NCBI GenBank assembly: GCA_046597055.1
Contig: JBKJLC010000244.1
Coordinates: forward strand, 9,007-73,006
DNA from: Kofleriaceae bacterium
Lineage (GTDB): Bacteria; Myxococcota_A; Polyangia; Haliangiales; Haliangiaceae
DNA: 64,000 nt
Direction of reading: 5' to 3'
The translations under genes and the position numbers were made by a program. Of this stretch, positions 45,165 through 58,867 are shown piece by piece (positions within the stretch are counted from its first letter, which is position 1; the number at the start of each line of letters is the position of its first letter). Under the pieces are notes generated by a model. It did not search any database. It had not been told where the DNA came from and saw nothing but the letters and a program-made list of their open reading frames with translations.

Positions 45165-47666
45165 ATGGGTCACGCGCGCGTCTTGCTCGTGTCGTGTCTG
45201 GGGCTATCTGCGTTCTGCGCATGTAGTCAATTCACCCCGGATGAACCACCAGCGGTCATCCACGCCCGGTTCGATCCGGACGCCAAGGTGATCCCGATGC
45301 CATCGGACGTCCTGCGCGACGACGCGCTGGGACGCCTGGCGATCCCGCTCGACGACGCCACGCTGTCGTCGGCCGAGCGCGAGCTCTACGAGTACCTCAA
45401 CACGCTCGACGGCTGGTCGTCGGCGTCATCGGCGACGGTCGAGCTGACCGGCGCGATCGCGCCGACCACCGTCGGCGCCGAGACCCTGCAGGTGTGGAAG
45501 TGGGGCGGGGTCCCGACCCGGGTCGCCGACGCCCGGGTCTCGATCGCGCCCGACGAGCACGAGGTGACGATCGACGCGCCGCGCACCGGCTGGGAACGCG
45601 GCGCGCAGTACGTCGTGGTGATGCGCGGCGGCGAGGCCGGGGTCGAGGGCAAGCGCGGCGAGAAGCTCGAGTGCGACGCCGCGTTCTATTTCCTCCGCCA
45701 GGAGGAGCGGCTCGACACCGCCGAGCACGCGCGCGCGTTCCCCGGCGCGACCGCGGCCGAGCGAGCCGACAACGCACGCAAGCTGGAGGAGCTGCGGCTC
45801 GAACTCGCGCCGCACTTCGACTTCTTCGCGCGCGCGGGCCTGCCGCGCGCCGAGATCGCGGCGCTGTGGCGGTTCACGGTCACCGACCGGGTCGAGCTGG
45901 CGATGGACAAGACCTCGCAGCGCATGCCGCTGCCGATCCAGTTGATGATCGATCCCACCACCGGCACCGTCGATCTGCCGGCCGCGCCGTGGGACAGCGC
46001 GGTCGAGGCCGAGGCCAAGCTGCGCCTGCGCTCGTACACCGGGTTCGCGACCTCGGCCAACCTGCTGTTCGAGCTGACCGGGCCGGTGCAGGCCGAGACC
46101 ATCACCGCCGACAGCGTGCAGCTGTGGCGGGTCGGCGCGAGCCCGGCGCGGGTGCCGGCGACCGCGCGCCTGATGGCCGACCTCCACCACGTGGTGGTCA
46201 CGCCGACCGCGCTGCCGCTCGACGAGGCGACCACCTATGCCGTGGTGGTGACCGACGCGATCCAGGATGCGGAGGGGCGGCCGATCATCGCGATGCCGGC
46301 CGGGGCGCTGCTCAAGGCCCAGTCGGCGGTGGCCGACGCCGGGATCTCGCGGGTCAAGGTGGTCGACGATCTCGACGCCATCAAGATCGAGGGCGCGCGG
46401 GTCACGCTCGAGCCGCTGCTCGATCAGGTCGGGCGGTCCCGGGTGGTGGCGGCCTGGCCGTTCACGACCCTGTCGATCACGCCGCGGATCGCGCAGGTGG
46501 TGGCGAGCGCGGCGACGGTCGGGGTCTCGCCCGAGCCGACCGGCGTGGCCAGCAAGACACCGGGCCAGGCGCTCGCCGATTTCCCGCTCGCGATCACGTC
46601 GCTCCTGGGCGTGGAGCGGGTGGTCACCGGCACCATCGCGTCGCCGTACTTCCTCGACGACAGCACCCGCGCCCTGCGCAGCGACGGCGGCCACCGGGTC
46701 GAGCCGGTGCCGTGGATGATGACGGTGCCGCGCAACCTGCCGGCCGGACGGCCCGCGCCGGTGGTGATCTTCGGCCACGCGATCATGACCGAGCGGCGGT
46801 TCGTGCTCGCGCTGGGCGACGCCTTCGCCCAGAAGGGCTTCGCGGTGGTGACGATCGACTTTCCGTTCCACGGGACGCGCACGCAGTGCATCGCCGGCGG
46901 CCCGATCTCGGTGGTCGACCCGCGCACCGGCAACCTGACCTCGGTGCCGCCGTGCGCGGCCGGGACCACCTGCGTGCAGGGCCGCTGCGTCGACGCCGCC
47001 GGCCAGGGCAACCAGCTGGCGATGTGGCCGGTGCTCAACTTCCCGGTCGCGTCGGGTGCGGCGTTCCTGGAGATCGAGCACATCGCCAACACCAAGGACC
47101 ACTTCGATCAGGCGGTGGTGGATCTCGGCGCGCTCGAGCGTTCGCTGCGGCATGGCGACTGGTCGGCCGCGCTGGGCCGACCGGTCGACACCACCCGCAT
47201 CTACTACGCCGGGCAGTCGCTCGGCGGCATCCTGGGCGCGACCTTCCTCGCTGGTGCGCCCGAGATCCGGCGCGCGGTGCTCAACGTGCCGGGCGCCGAT
47301 CTGGTCGACATGTTCCACGACTCGACCTGGTTCGGTCCCCAGGTGGAGGGCTTCTTCACCCGCGAGCACGTCGATCCAGCCAGCTTCGAGGCCGAGCGCT
47401 TCCTCGACGTCGCCAAGTGGATGATCGACGCGGTCGACCCGCAGAACCTCGGCGCGGCCACCGGCGATCGCGACCTGCTGCTGCAGATGGCGACGCTCGA
47501 CTTCATCATCCCCAACGACTACACGCGCACGCTCGAGCGGGTGACCGGCGCGCCCCGCCGCGACTACATCGCCGAGCACGCGTTCCTGGTGGTCCCGGTC
47601 GAGCCCGAGTTCCTGCGCGGCGGCCGCGACATGGTGAGCTTCCTCGCCGGGGAGCTGACGCCATGA
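45165..47666 (+). CDS. lipoprotein with Ig-like N-terminal domains and alpha/beta-hydrolase (extracellular lipase-like) domain
   Basis: Lipobox CAC, IPMPSD / LNTLDGWS, VVIFGH, IDFPFHG, GQSLGG nucleophile elbow, DAVDP. Confidence 0.75.
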   Translation: MGHARVLLVSCLGLSAFCACSQFTPDEPPAVIHARFDPDAKVIPMPSDVLRDDALGRLAIPLDDATLSSAERELYEYLNTLDGWSSASSATVELTGAIAPTTVGAETLQVWKWGGVPTRVADARVSIAPDEHEVTIDAPRTGWERGAQYVVVMRGGEAGVEGKRGEKLECDAAFYFLRQEERLDTAEHARAFPGATAAERADNARKLEELRLELAPHFDFFARAGLPRAEIAALWRFTVTDRVELAMDKTSQRMPLPIQLMIDPTTGTVDLPAAPWDSAVEAEAKLRLRSYTGFATSANLLFELTGPVQAETITADSVQLWRVGASPARVPATARLMADLHHVVVTPTALPLDEATTYAVVVTDAIQDAEGRPIIAMPAGALLKAQSAVADAGISRVKVVDDLDAIKIEGARVTLEPLLDQVGRSRVVAAWPFTTLSITPRIAQVVASAATVGVSPEPTGVASKTPGQALADFPLAITSLLGVERVVTGTIASPYFLDDSTRALRSDGGHRVEPVPWMMTVPRNLPAGRPAPVVIFGHAIMTERRFVLALGDAFAQKGFAVVTIDFPFHGTRTQCIAGGPISVVDPRTGNLTSVPPCAAGTTCVQGRCVDAAGQGNQLAMWPVLNFPVASGAAFLEIEHIANTKDHFDQAVVDLGALERSLRHGDWSAALGRPVDTTRIYYAGQSLGGILGATFLAGAPEIRRAVLNVPGADLVDMFHDSTWFGPQVEGFFTREHVDPASFEAERFLDVAKWMIDAVDPQNLGAATGDRDLLLQMATLDFIIPNDYTRTLERVTGAPRRDYIAEHAFLVVPVEPEFLRGGRDMVSFLAGELTP

Positions 47667-48871
47667 TCGCGGGACGCACGCGGTGGGGCCTGGCGCTCGC
47701 GCTGGGCGCGGTCCCGGCGGTGGCGCACGCCGGTGGGTTCGCGATCTCCGAGCAGAGCATCACCGCGGCCGGCACCGGCGGGGCCGGCGCGGCGCGGGCC
47801 GACGAGGCCGGGGCGGCCTGGACCAACCCGGCCGCGCTGGCCGACGACGGCGGCTGGCGGATCGGCGCCGGGCTGGTCCTGGCGCGACCGTCGATCGAGG
47901 GCGCCGGCGATGCCGAGGCCGGCGCGTGGGCCGCCCAGAACGAGGACGCGTGGGCGACCCCGCCGCACCTCGATGTGGCGTGGGCCCGCGGCGCGCTCGC
48001 CGCGGGCGTGTCGATCGGCGTGCCGTTCGGAGGCGGCGTGACGTGGCCGGTCGACTGGCAGGGCCGGTTCGAGATCGTCCGCTCGCGGATCGAGGTATTC
48101 CGGGTCGCGCCGTTCGTCGCGCTCGATCTCGGGCGGGTCCGGGTCGCGCTCGGGCCTCACGTCGATCGCGGCCGCCTGCGGGTCGCGCGCCAGCTCGACT
48201 TCATCGACATGGAGGGCGACGTCGCGATCGACCTGGCCGGCAACGGCGTCGGCGGCCACGCGGCCGTGTTCGCCCAGGCGTCGCGCGAGGTCGCGATCGG
48301 GCTCACCTACAAGAGCCGCACGGCGATCGCGCTCGAGGGTGGCGCCGACTTCACGGTGCCCGATGCGTTCAGCGAGAAGACGCCGGATCAGGTCGCGACC
48401 GCGACCTTGCGGACGCCTGACCGGTTCGTGCTCGGCGCCCGCTGGGCGCACGGTCGCTGGGCGGCGCTGGCCGACCTCGAGCTCACCCTGTGGGGCGTGC
48501 ACCGCGAGCTCGCGATCGACTTCGCGCGCGAGCAGACCCCCGACGTCCGCCAGCCGACCCGCTGGCACACCACCGTCGCCCTCCGCGGCGGCGGCGAGCT
48601 CGCGGTGTCCGATCGCGTCCTGGCGCGCGCCGGCGCCGCCTGGGATCCGTCGCCGGCTCCCGACGACACCCTGGCCCCGTCATCGCCCGACGCCGACCGC
48701 ATGTCGTTCACCACCGGCCTCACCGTCGCCGCGTCGGACACCCTCGCGATCGACGCGTTCGCCGAGTACCTGCGGCTGGCCGCGCGCACGACCGACGGGG
48801 TCGAGACCATGGCCGCGACCTACCGCGGTCGTGCGGTGTTTGTCGGCCTGGGCCTCCGCTGGCGCCGGTAG
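47663..48871 (+). CDS. OmpP1/FadL family outer membrane hydrophobic-molecule transporter
   Basis: ATGA overlap with lipase stop; AHA/GGFAISEQS...G.GGAG, WTNPAAL hatch motif, PDADR. Confidence 0.88.
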   Translation: MIAGRTRWGLALALGAVPAVAHAGGFAISEQSITAAGTGGAGAARADEAGAAWTNPAALADDGGWRIGAGLVLARPSIEGAGDAEAGAWAAQNEDAWATPPHLDVAWARGALAAGVSIGVPFGGGVTWPVDWQGRFEIVRSRIEVFRVAPFVALDLGRVRVALGPHVDRGRLRVARQLDFIDMEGDVAIDLAGNGVGGHAAVFAQASREVAIGLTYKSRTAIALEGGADFTVPDAFSEKTPDQVATATLRTPDRFVLGARWAHGRWAALADLELTLWGVHRELAIDFAREQTPDVRQPTRWHTTVALRGGGELAVSDRVLARAGAAWDPSPAPDDTLAPSSPDADRMSFTTGLTVAASDTLAIDAFAEYLRLAARTTDGVETMAATYRGRAVFVGLGLRWRR

Positions 48872-48881
48872 GGGTAGCAGC

Positions 48882-49079
48882 GGCTGCGGGCCTCGGCTGC
48901 GTCGTTGCCGGTCCCCCCCAACTTCGTCACGACCAGACGGTCGCTCCTCGTTGGGGCCCCACCGTCGCCTCGCATCCGAGGCTCCTCGCTCGCTGCTACC
49001 TCGGACCGAGGCGCTTCGAGCGCGCTCCAATTTCGGTAACCTGAGCCAGGGCTCGCGCAGCGAGCCCGCGGTCGCAGGG
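48882..49079. repeat. REP-like repeat cluster 3
   Basis: 48882-48935 matches the reverse complement of 14361-14414; 48953-48996 matches 22016-22059; degenerate core CCTGAGC-GGGCTCGCgcaGCGAGCCC-GTCGCAGGG at 49034-49079. Confidence 0.8.
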
Positions 49080-49280
49080 CAGCGCGTCGAGGACCGCAAG
49101 GTTCCCGGCGGTTGTCTGCCCGACGACACAGTGCTTCGGGTTCGCTCGGGGCCACCGGAAAGGCGAGCGTTTTCGATTGCCCGGCGAGCTGTGATCGATC
49201 CAAAGGGCAGAGGCGTGAACGCGGCTGACTGGGTAGACGGGGGCTGCATGGGCGCGGGGGCGTGGCATCCTGTGGGGCTG

Positions 49281-50162
49281 GTGCGGATCACCCCGGGCAT
49301 CGCGTTCATGGTCGCGTCGGCGCTCGCGTTCTCGGTGATGAGCGCGCTGGTCAAGGCGGCGGACGCGACCTTGCCCACGGCGGAGATCGTGCTCGCGCGG
49401 GCGCTGGTGACGCTGGTGCTGTCGTACCTGATGGTGCGCCGGGCCGGGCTGGCGCCGTGGGGCAACCGGCGCGGCGCGCTGCTCCTGCGCGGCGGGCTCG
49501 GATCGCTCGCGCTCGCCTGCTACTACTGGACGCTCGGGCGGCTGCCGCTCGCGGAGGCGTCGACGGTGCACCACACCGCGCCGATCTGGACCGCGATCCT
49601 GGCGTGGCTGGTGCTCCGCGAGCCGCTCGGGCGCGGCACGGCGATCGCGCTGGCGCTCGGCATGGCCGGGGTGGTGCTCGTGGCCCGGCCCGGCGGCGCC
49701 GATCTCGACGGCTGGGGCGTGGCTGTCGCGCTCGCCGGCGCGCTCGGCTCGGCCGCCGCGTACGTCACCGTGCGTCGCCTGGCGCGCACCGAGCACCCGC
49801 TCGTGATCGTCTTCTACTTCCCGCTGGTGGCGGCGCCGACCGCGCTGCTGTGGGCGGCGCCGCAGTGGGTGCTGCCGACCGCGTACGAGTGGCTGCTGCT
49901 CGCCGGCATCGGCATCTCGACCCAGGTCGGCCAGCTGTGCCTGACCTACGGGCTGGTCCGCGAGCCCGCGGCGCGCGCGATGTCGATCGGATACCTGCAG
50001 GTCGTGTTCGCGGTCGGCCTCGGGCTGGTCGCCTTTGCCGAGGTGCCGCCGTGGACGACCGGGGTCGGCGCCGCGTTGATCATCGCCGGCGCGCTCGCGG
50101 TGACCGCCGCCCGCGCCCGCGTGATCGCGCCCGAGACAACCGCGCCCGCGCCCGGACGATAG
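49281..50162 (+). CDS. DMT/EamA family transporter
   Basis: About 10 TM helices, FSVMSALVK, LPLAEA...TAPIW...LREP. Start approximate. Confidence 0.88.
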   Translation: MRITPGIAFMVASALAFSVMSALVKAADATLPTAEIVLARALVTLVLSYLMVRRAGLAPWGNRRGALLLRGGLGSLALACYYWTLGRLPLAEASTVHHTAPIWTAILAWLVLREPLGRGTAIALALGMAGVVLVARPGGADLDGWGVAVALAGALGSAAAYVTVRRLARTEHPLVIVFYFPLVAAPTALLWAAPQWVLPTAYEWLLLAGIGISTQVGQLCLTYGLVREPAARAMSIGYLQVVFAVGLGLVAFAEVPPWTTGVGAALIIAGALAVTAARARVIAPETTAPAPGR

Positions 50163-50170
50163 GGGCGGCC

Positions 50171-52609
50171 ATGGTGCACGAGACTCGGGTGCCGGCGGCC
50201 TGGCCGCCGGTGCGGTTGCCGGTGCTGGCGGTGGCCGCTGCCGGCGGGATCGCGATATCGGGGGCGACCGGGTGGGCGCAGGCGTGGCCGCCGTGGGCGC
50301 TCCTCGCCGCGGTGGTCGTGATCGCCGGCGTGGTGCGCTCGGCGCCGCGGGTGTGGTGGCCGCTCGCCGTCGCGCTCGCGGCCGCCGCCCTGGCGGCGCA
50401 CGAGCGCGTGCCGGCCGCGCCGCCGGCCGGCGTGATCGTCGGGGATCGCGAACCGGACGTGCTGACCGGCTGGGTGGCGGGGCCGATCACGACCTCGCGG
50501 TGGGGCATCGGGTTCGTGCTCGACACCGGCGACGCCACGGTGTGGGTGACCGCGCCCGACCCATCGGTCCTGCCCGGCGACCGCGTGACCGTGCGCGGGC
50601 GGGTGAGCGCGCCGCGCGGCTACCGCGATCCCGGCGCGCCCGATCGGCGGCAGATCGTGCGCGGGCGCGGCGCCGACTGGGAGGTGCATGCCCGGGGCAT
50701 CGACCTCCTGGCCGCGGACGACCGGGCCAGCGCCTGGCGGTGGCCGGCGCAGGTCGCGCGCGCGGCGAGCGCACGGGTCGCGGTGCGCGGGGGGGACCGT
50801 CACGGCAACGCGCTGGTCCGGGCCGCGGTGCTCGGCGATCGCGCCGGCCTCGACGACGAGGTCGAGGCGGCCTGGCGCGCGGCCGGCGTGTACCACGCGC
50901 TGTCGGTCAGCGGCCTGCACCTCGCGGTGGTCGCGCTGCTCGCGTTCCTCGCGGTCGGGCGCGGCTGGGCTGCGGTCGGGCTCGGCGCCTGGATCGCGCC
51001 GCGGCGGGCGGCGGCGGCGGTCGCGTTGCCGCTGGCGCTCGGCTACACGCTGGTCACCGGTGCCCAGGTCGCGACCGTGCGCGCCATGGTGGTCGTCGCG
51101 GTCATGCTGATCGGCGAGCTGTGCGGCCGCCGTGCGCGCGCCGCCGACGTGCTCGGGCTGGCCGCGCTGCTGGTGCTCGGGCAGCGGCCGTCGACGCTCT
51201 GGGACCCCGGGTTCCAGCTGTCGTTCGTGGCGGCGGCGACCCTGATCGTGGCAGCGGCCCGGCGCGAGGGCGGCGCGGAGATCGCGCCGCCGTGGCCGTG
51301 GCGAGCGGTGCGCGCGCTGGGCCGGACCCTCGCCACCTCGTGCGCGGTGGCGCTCGCGACCGCGCCGATCACGGCGGCGCACTTCCACGAAGTCGCGCTG
51401 GGCGGCGTGATTGGCAACCTGATCGCGACGCCGCTGATCGAGCTGGCCGCGATCCCGCTCGGGCTCGGCGGCGTGGCGCTGGCCGCGATCGCGCCGGTCG
51501 TCGGCGGGGTCGTGATCGATCTGGCGGTGGTGATCGCCGGGGTCACCGCGTGGCTGGTCGCGGCGCTCGCGGCCTGGACGCCGAGCCTGACCCTGCCACC
51601 CCCGTCGCCGCTCGAGCTGGTCGCGTGCGCGGGGCTGTGGTCGGCGTGGGCGCTCGGGCGGCTGCGGCCGGCGCGCGGCCGGGCCGCGCTGGCCATCGCC
51701 GCGCTTGCGGCGCTGGGGCTATGTGGTTCGTGGGCCCTGCACGCGCACCGGCGCGGCGCCGACGACCGGCTCCGGATCACCTTCCTCGACGTCGGCCAGG
51801 GCGACGCCGCGGTACTCGAGCTGCCTGGCGGTGCGGTCTGGCTGGTCGATGCCGGCGGTTCGCCCGGCGCGGCCGGCGACGACCTGCGGGCGGCCGCGCG
51901 CCCCGGCGAGATCGTCGCGCGCTTCCTGCGCACGCGGCGGATCGACCGGGTCGACGTCGCGATCGTCAGTCACCCGCACCCGGACCACTACCTCGGGCTG
52001 CTCGCGGTGGCGGCGGCGATGCCGATCGACGAGCTGTGGATCGCCGCCGAGGACGGCGCCGACGACGCCGCGTTCACGCCGGTGCGGGCATGGCTGGAGG
52101 CCACCGGCACCCGCGTCGTGCACCCACCGCTGGCGGCGATCGAGGTCGGCGACGTGATCGTGCGCGTGCTGGCGCCGGGGTACGACCCGGGCGACGGCGT
52201 GCGCGCGGTCGCGACCGCCGACCCGGTGCGCTCGGTCAACGACGACTCGATGGTGGTCGCGCTCGAGCGCGCCGGCCGTCGGGTCCTGTTCACCGGCGAT
52301 CTGGAGGAGGAGGGCGAGGCCCTGCTCGCGGCCAGCGGCGCCGAGCTGGCGAGCGACGTGGTGAAGGTGCCCCACCACGGCAGCCCGACCTCGTCGAGCG
52401 CTGCCCTGGTCGCGGCGACCCGACCCGCCTACGCGGTGGTCTCGCTCGGTGCCGGCAACCGCTTTGGCTTCCCGGGGCCGGCGGTGGTCGCCCGCTGGCG
52501 AGCGGCGGGCACCCGCATCCTCCGCACCGACCAGGCCGGGGCCATCACGGTGTCGATCGATCGAGCCGGCACCCTCGCGGTGTCGACCTTCGACCCGGCG
52601 CCGCCGTGA
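50171..52609 (+). CDS. comEC: DNA internalization competence protein ComEC/Rec2
   Basis: HALSVSGLH, GFQLSF, FLDVGQGDA, SHPHPDH, LFTGD, KVPHHGS, RTDQAGAI. Confidence 0.93.
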   Translation: MVHETRVPAAWPPVRLPVLAVAAAGGIAISGATGWAQAWPPWALLAAVVVIAGVVRSAPRVWWPLAVALAAAALAAHERVPAAPPAGVIVGDREPDVLTGWVAGPITTSRWGIGFVLDTGDATVWVTAPDPSVLPGDRVTVRGRVSAPRGYRDPGAPDRRQIVRGRGADWEVHARGIDLLAADDRASAWRWPAQVARAASARVAVRGGDRHGNALVRAAVLGDRAGLDDEVEAAWRAAGVYHALSVSGLHLAVVALLAFLAVGRGWAAVGLGAWIAPRRAAAAVALPLALGYTLVTGAQVATVRAMVVVAVMLIGELCGRRARAADVLGLAALLVLGQRPSTLWDPGFQLSFVAAATLIVAAARREGGAEIAPPWPWRAVRALGRTLATSCAVALATAPITAAHFHEVALGGVIGNLIATPLIELAAIPLGLGGVALAAIAPVVGGVVIDLAVVIAGVTAWLVAALAAWTPSLTLPPPSPLELVACAGLWSAWALGRLRPARGRAALAIAALAALGLCGSWALHAHRRGADDRLRITFLDVGQGDAAVLELPGGAVWLVDAGGSPGAAGDDLRAAARPGEIVARFLRTRRIDRVDVAIVSHPHPDHYLGLLAVAAAMPIDELWIAAEDGADDAAFTPVRAWLEATGTRVVHPPLAAIEVGDVIVRVLAPGYDPGDGVRAVATADPVRSVNDDSMVVALERAGRRVLFTGDLEEEGEALLAASGAELASDVVKVPHHGSPTSSSAALVAATRPAYAVVSLGAGNRFGFPGPAVVARWRAAGTRILRTDQAGAITVSIDRAGTLAVSTFDPAPP

Positions 52610-52705
52610 AGGGACCCGGGCCCTTGTGGTCTAATGGGACGTGCTTTCCCTGCCTTACGACCGGCCGTGGCCGCCTGGCGCGCGTCGCGCGCAGCGAGCT
52701 GGCGC

Positions 52706-54562
<1,857 letters not shown>

Positions 54563-54567
54563 GCGCG

Positions 54568-55962
54568 ATGACCGGCTCGGTCGAGCTGGACCCGCTGGCG
54601 GCGGCGGCTCGGCTCGCCGGTCGGCGCGGTCGCGTGCTCCTGCACAGCGGGCGCGACGACGACGGCTGTGGCGCCTGGTCGTTCCTGGCCGCCGAGCCGG
54701 TCGCCAGCCTCGAGGTGCGCGGGGCCGGCGAGACGGTGACGATCGTGCGGCGCGGACCCGGCGGCGTGCTGGTCGAGACCGGCACCGGCGATCCCCTCGC
54801 CGCGATCGCGGCGTTCGCCGCCGCCCACGGCGCCGGCCTCGACCTGGCCGGGGCCGGCGCGCAGGCTGTCCGGGGCCCGGACGGTCCCCGGCCGCGGGTG
54901 CTCGGCTACCTCGGCTACGATCTGGGCCGAGCGATCGAGCGGCTCGGGCCCGGTCCGACCCGCGGGGCCGACACGCCGGACGTCTGGCTCGGCGCCTACG
55001 ACGCGGTCGTGCGCTGGGTCGGTGCCGGTGGCACCGGCGAGCTCCTCGGTGATCCCGCGGCGACCGCCCGGCTGACGGCCGCGCTCGCCGGGGGGCCGCG
55101 CGCGGTCGGGGCGGGCCCCCGGCTCGGCCCGCTGGTCGCCGACGACGACGGCGCCGCCCACGAGGCCCGGGTCGCGCGGGTGCACGCCTACATCGCCGCC
55201 GGCGACGTCTACCAGGTCAACCTCGCGCGCCGGCTCACCGCGGCGATGGCGGCCGACGGCGACGCCCTCGCCGTGTATGCCGCGCTCCAGGCGGTGGCGC
55301 CGGCGCCGTACGGTGGCCTGGTCGAGGCCGATGGCGTGCGCGTGATCTCGGGCTCGCCCGAGCGCTTCCTCGCCCGCGCGACCGCGGGGGCCCGGGTCGA
55401 CACCCGACCGATCAAGGGCACCCGGCGCCGCACCGGCGACCCCGGGCTGGATGCCGCCCGGGCCGCCGACCTCGCGGTCCACGGCAAAGACGCCGCCGAG
55501 CACCTGATGATCGTCGACCTCGAGCGCAACGATCTCGGCCGGATCGCCGAGGTCGGCTCGGTGCAGGTCGACGAGCTCGGGTACGTCGTCGAGCTGCCCG
55601 GCCTCTACCACAAGGTCTCGACGGTGAGCTGCCGCCTGCGCGCGGGAGTCGACTGGGCCGAGCTCCTGCGCGCGACGTTCCCCGGCGGGTCGATCACCGG
55701 CGCGCCCAAGATCCGCGCGATGGAGATCGCGGACGAGCTCGAGCCGGTCCGCCGCGGTCCCTACTGCGGCGCGATCGGCTGGCTGGGCGAGGACGGCACG
55801 TTCGACCTCGCGATCGCGATCCGGATCGCCGTGCTGGTCGGGCCCGAGCTGCGCCTGCACGTGGGGGGCGGCATCGTCGCGGACAGTGAGCCGGCTGCCG
55901 AGCTCGCCGAGACCGAGGACAAGGCGGCGGGCTGGCGCGCAGCGCTGGCCCGGCTGGCCTGA
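54568..55962 (+). CDS. pabB: aminodeoxychorismate synthase component I (chorismate-binding)
   Basis: [18 protein letters not shown] (the Lys typical of PabB; TrpE has PIAGT), [23 protein letters not shown]. Confidence 0.82.
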   Translation: MTGSVELDPLAAAARLAGRRGRVLLHSGRDDDGCGAWSFLAAEPVASLEVRGAGETVTIVRRGPGGVLVETGTGDPLAAIAAFAAAHGAGLDLAGAGAQAVRGPDGPRPRVLGYLGYDLGRAIERLGPGPTRGADTPDVWLGAYDAVVRWVGAGGTGELLGDPAATARLTAALAGGPRAVGAGPRLGPLVADDDGAAHEARVARVHAYIAAGDVYQVNLARRLTAAMAADGDALAVYAALQAVAPAPYGGLVEADGVRVISGSPERFLARATAGARVDTRPIKGTRRRTGDPGLDAARAADLAVHGKDAAEHLMIVDLERNDLGRIAEVGSVQVDELGYVVELPGLYHKVSTVSCRLRAGVDWAELLRATFPGGSITGAPKIRAMEIADELEPVRRGPYCGAIGWLGEDGTFDLAIAIRIAVLVGPELRLHVGGGIVADSEPAAELAETEDKAAGWRAALARLA

Positions 55963-56024
55963 GCGCGCCTGGCGGACGGACGTTCTTCCAACCGGCGCGA
56001 GCTGCGCCGCGGGCGGCGCGTGGC

Positions 56025-57386
<1,362 letters not shown>

Positions 57387-57395
57387 GCCGTCATC

Positions 57396-58166
57396 TTACG
57401 GCGTCAGCCGCCCGCGCACGAAGGTCACGCGGTCGGCGTCGACCGACACCGCCGCGACGGTCACCGTCCGCAGATCGGCGGCGGTTCCGACCACCGTGTA
57501 GGTGCCGGGCTGGACGTCGATCAGCAGCGCCACGCCGGCGGCGCCGGTGCCGCCGGTGTCCCGCCACACCAGCGGACCGCCGCCGTCGTAGAACGGCGCG
57601 ATCGTCGCGCCCGGGATCGGGTCGAACACCACGCCGGTCGCCGGCACGGCGGCGTCCTGGACGTACACCACGATGCTGCCGGTGCCATCGGCCGGCGTCA
57701 CGCCGAGCGACTCGATGATCGCGGTCCACGCCGGCCGCGTGACCACCGGCGCGCGCACCAGCGCGCCGTCAGACACCGCCCGTAGCCGCGCGGGCACCAG
57801 GTTGGCCGAGTCGTCGGCGACGTCGAGCACGGCGGGGGCACCGTCGGAGGCGAACGTGAACCGGCCGTCGGCGTCCGTGCGCACGCTCAGGACGGTCCCG
57901 ACCTGGCGCACCAGCACCCCGACCCGCGCCGCGCTGGCCGGGCACGTGTCGGGCTGGCGTAGATCGTCGACCACGCAGACCACCCCGGCGAGCTCGTCGA
58001 TCGATCCGTCGGGGCCGGCGTCGACCGGCTGGGCGTCGCCCGGGGTGGTGCCGCCGGGACCGCCGCCGCCGCCGGGCCGGACCATCCACGCCTCGTCGTC
58101 GCTGCCACACCCAGCCGCCATCGCGGCGAGCGCGACGGCAACCACCACTCCGGCTCGAACCCACAT
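57396..58166 (-). CDS. hypothetical lipoprotein with carboxypeptidase-regulatory-like beta-sandwich domains
   Basis: Lipobox AAGC, TDADGRFTF, DVQPGTYTV. ATG 58166 lies 7 nt after TAGGAT. Confidence 0.6.
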   Translation of the reverse strand: MWVRAGVVVAVALAAMAAGCGSDDEAWMVRPGGGGGPGGTTPGDAQPVDAGPDGSIDELAGVVCVVDDLRQPDTCPASAARVGVLVRQVGTVLSVRTDADGRFTFASDGAPAVLDVADDSANLVPARLRAVSDGALVRAPVVTRPAWTAIIESLGVTPADGTGSIVVYVQDAAVPATGVVFDPIPGATIAPFYDGGGPLVWRDTGGTGAAGVALLIDVQPGTYTVVGTAADLRTVTVAAVSVDADRVTFVRGRLTP

Positions 58167-58240
58167 GAGGTCGATCCTACCGGGCTTCGTCCGCGATGCC
58201 CACGTCCCGTGCGGACGGGTCGACCCGCCGCCGTGCATGA

Positions 58241-58864
58241 TCAGGGCGGGGACTCTCCGTCCTTCGCGACGATTGCCTTCGGCAGCGGCTTGGGCTTGGG
58301 GGCGGCCTTCACCTTGGGATCCTTGCCAACGTCGAAGAACATGAGCCCCACGCCGACCACCAGGGCGACGTCGGCGATGTTGAACACCGGCCACTCGCTG
58401 GTCTTGTAGCGCCACAGGACGAAGTCGGTGACGACCCCGAAGTAGATGCGGTCGATCAGGTTGCCGACCGCGCCACCGGCGACCAGGCCGAGCGCCCACA
58501 GCAAGGCGCGCTGGTGATCGCGCGCCTTCTTCACCATCCACAGCATCGCAAAGACCGCGATCACCCCGATGATCGACAGAAACACCCGAGCGCCCGACTG
58601 GCTGTGGAACAGCCCGAACGCCGAGCCCGGGTTGAACGACAGCCGCCAGTCCCAGTAGTTGTCGATGACCTTGACCGCCTCGCCATGACAGCGCAGCGGG
58701 TCATGCGGCTCGCGCATGAAATCCTCGGGGATCTGGCACGGTGTCTGGTCCGCGCTCCGGGCATGGGCTGCCGGCAGCGCGTCGCGCGCCCACACCTTGG
58801 TCGCCTGGTCGGCGGCCAACGTGACGAGGGCAACCAGGAGAAAGAGCTTCCAGCGAGCGGGCAT
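58241..58864 (-). CDS. lspA: signal peptidase II
   Basis: DQATK, NPGSAFG, GGAVGNLIDR, VTDF, PVFNIAD; directly downstream of ileS. Confidence 0.95.
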   Translation of the reverse strand: MPARWKLFLLVALVTLAADQATKVWARDALPAAHARSADQTPCQIPEDFMREPHDPLRCHGEAVKVIDNYWDWRLSFNPGSAFGLFHSQSGARVFLSIIGVIAVFAMLWMVKKARDHQRALLWALGLVAGGAVGNLIDRIYFGVVTDFVLWRYKTSEWPVFNIADVALVVGVGLMFFDVGKDPKVKAAPKPKPLPKAIVAKDGESPP

Positions 58865-58867
58865 GGC

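Noticed and set aside
54568..55962. Calling this gene trpE
   Set aside because: The PIKGT motif points to PabB, and no trp genes are adjacent.
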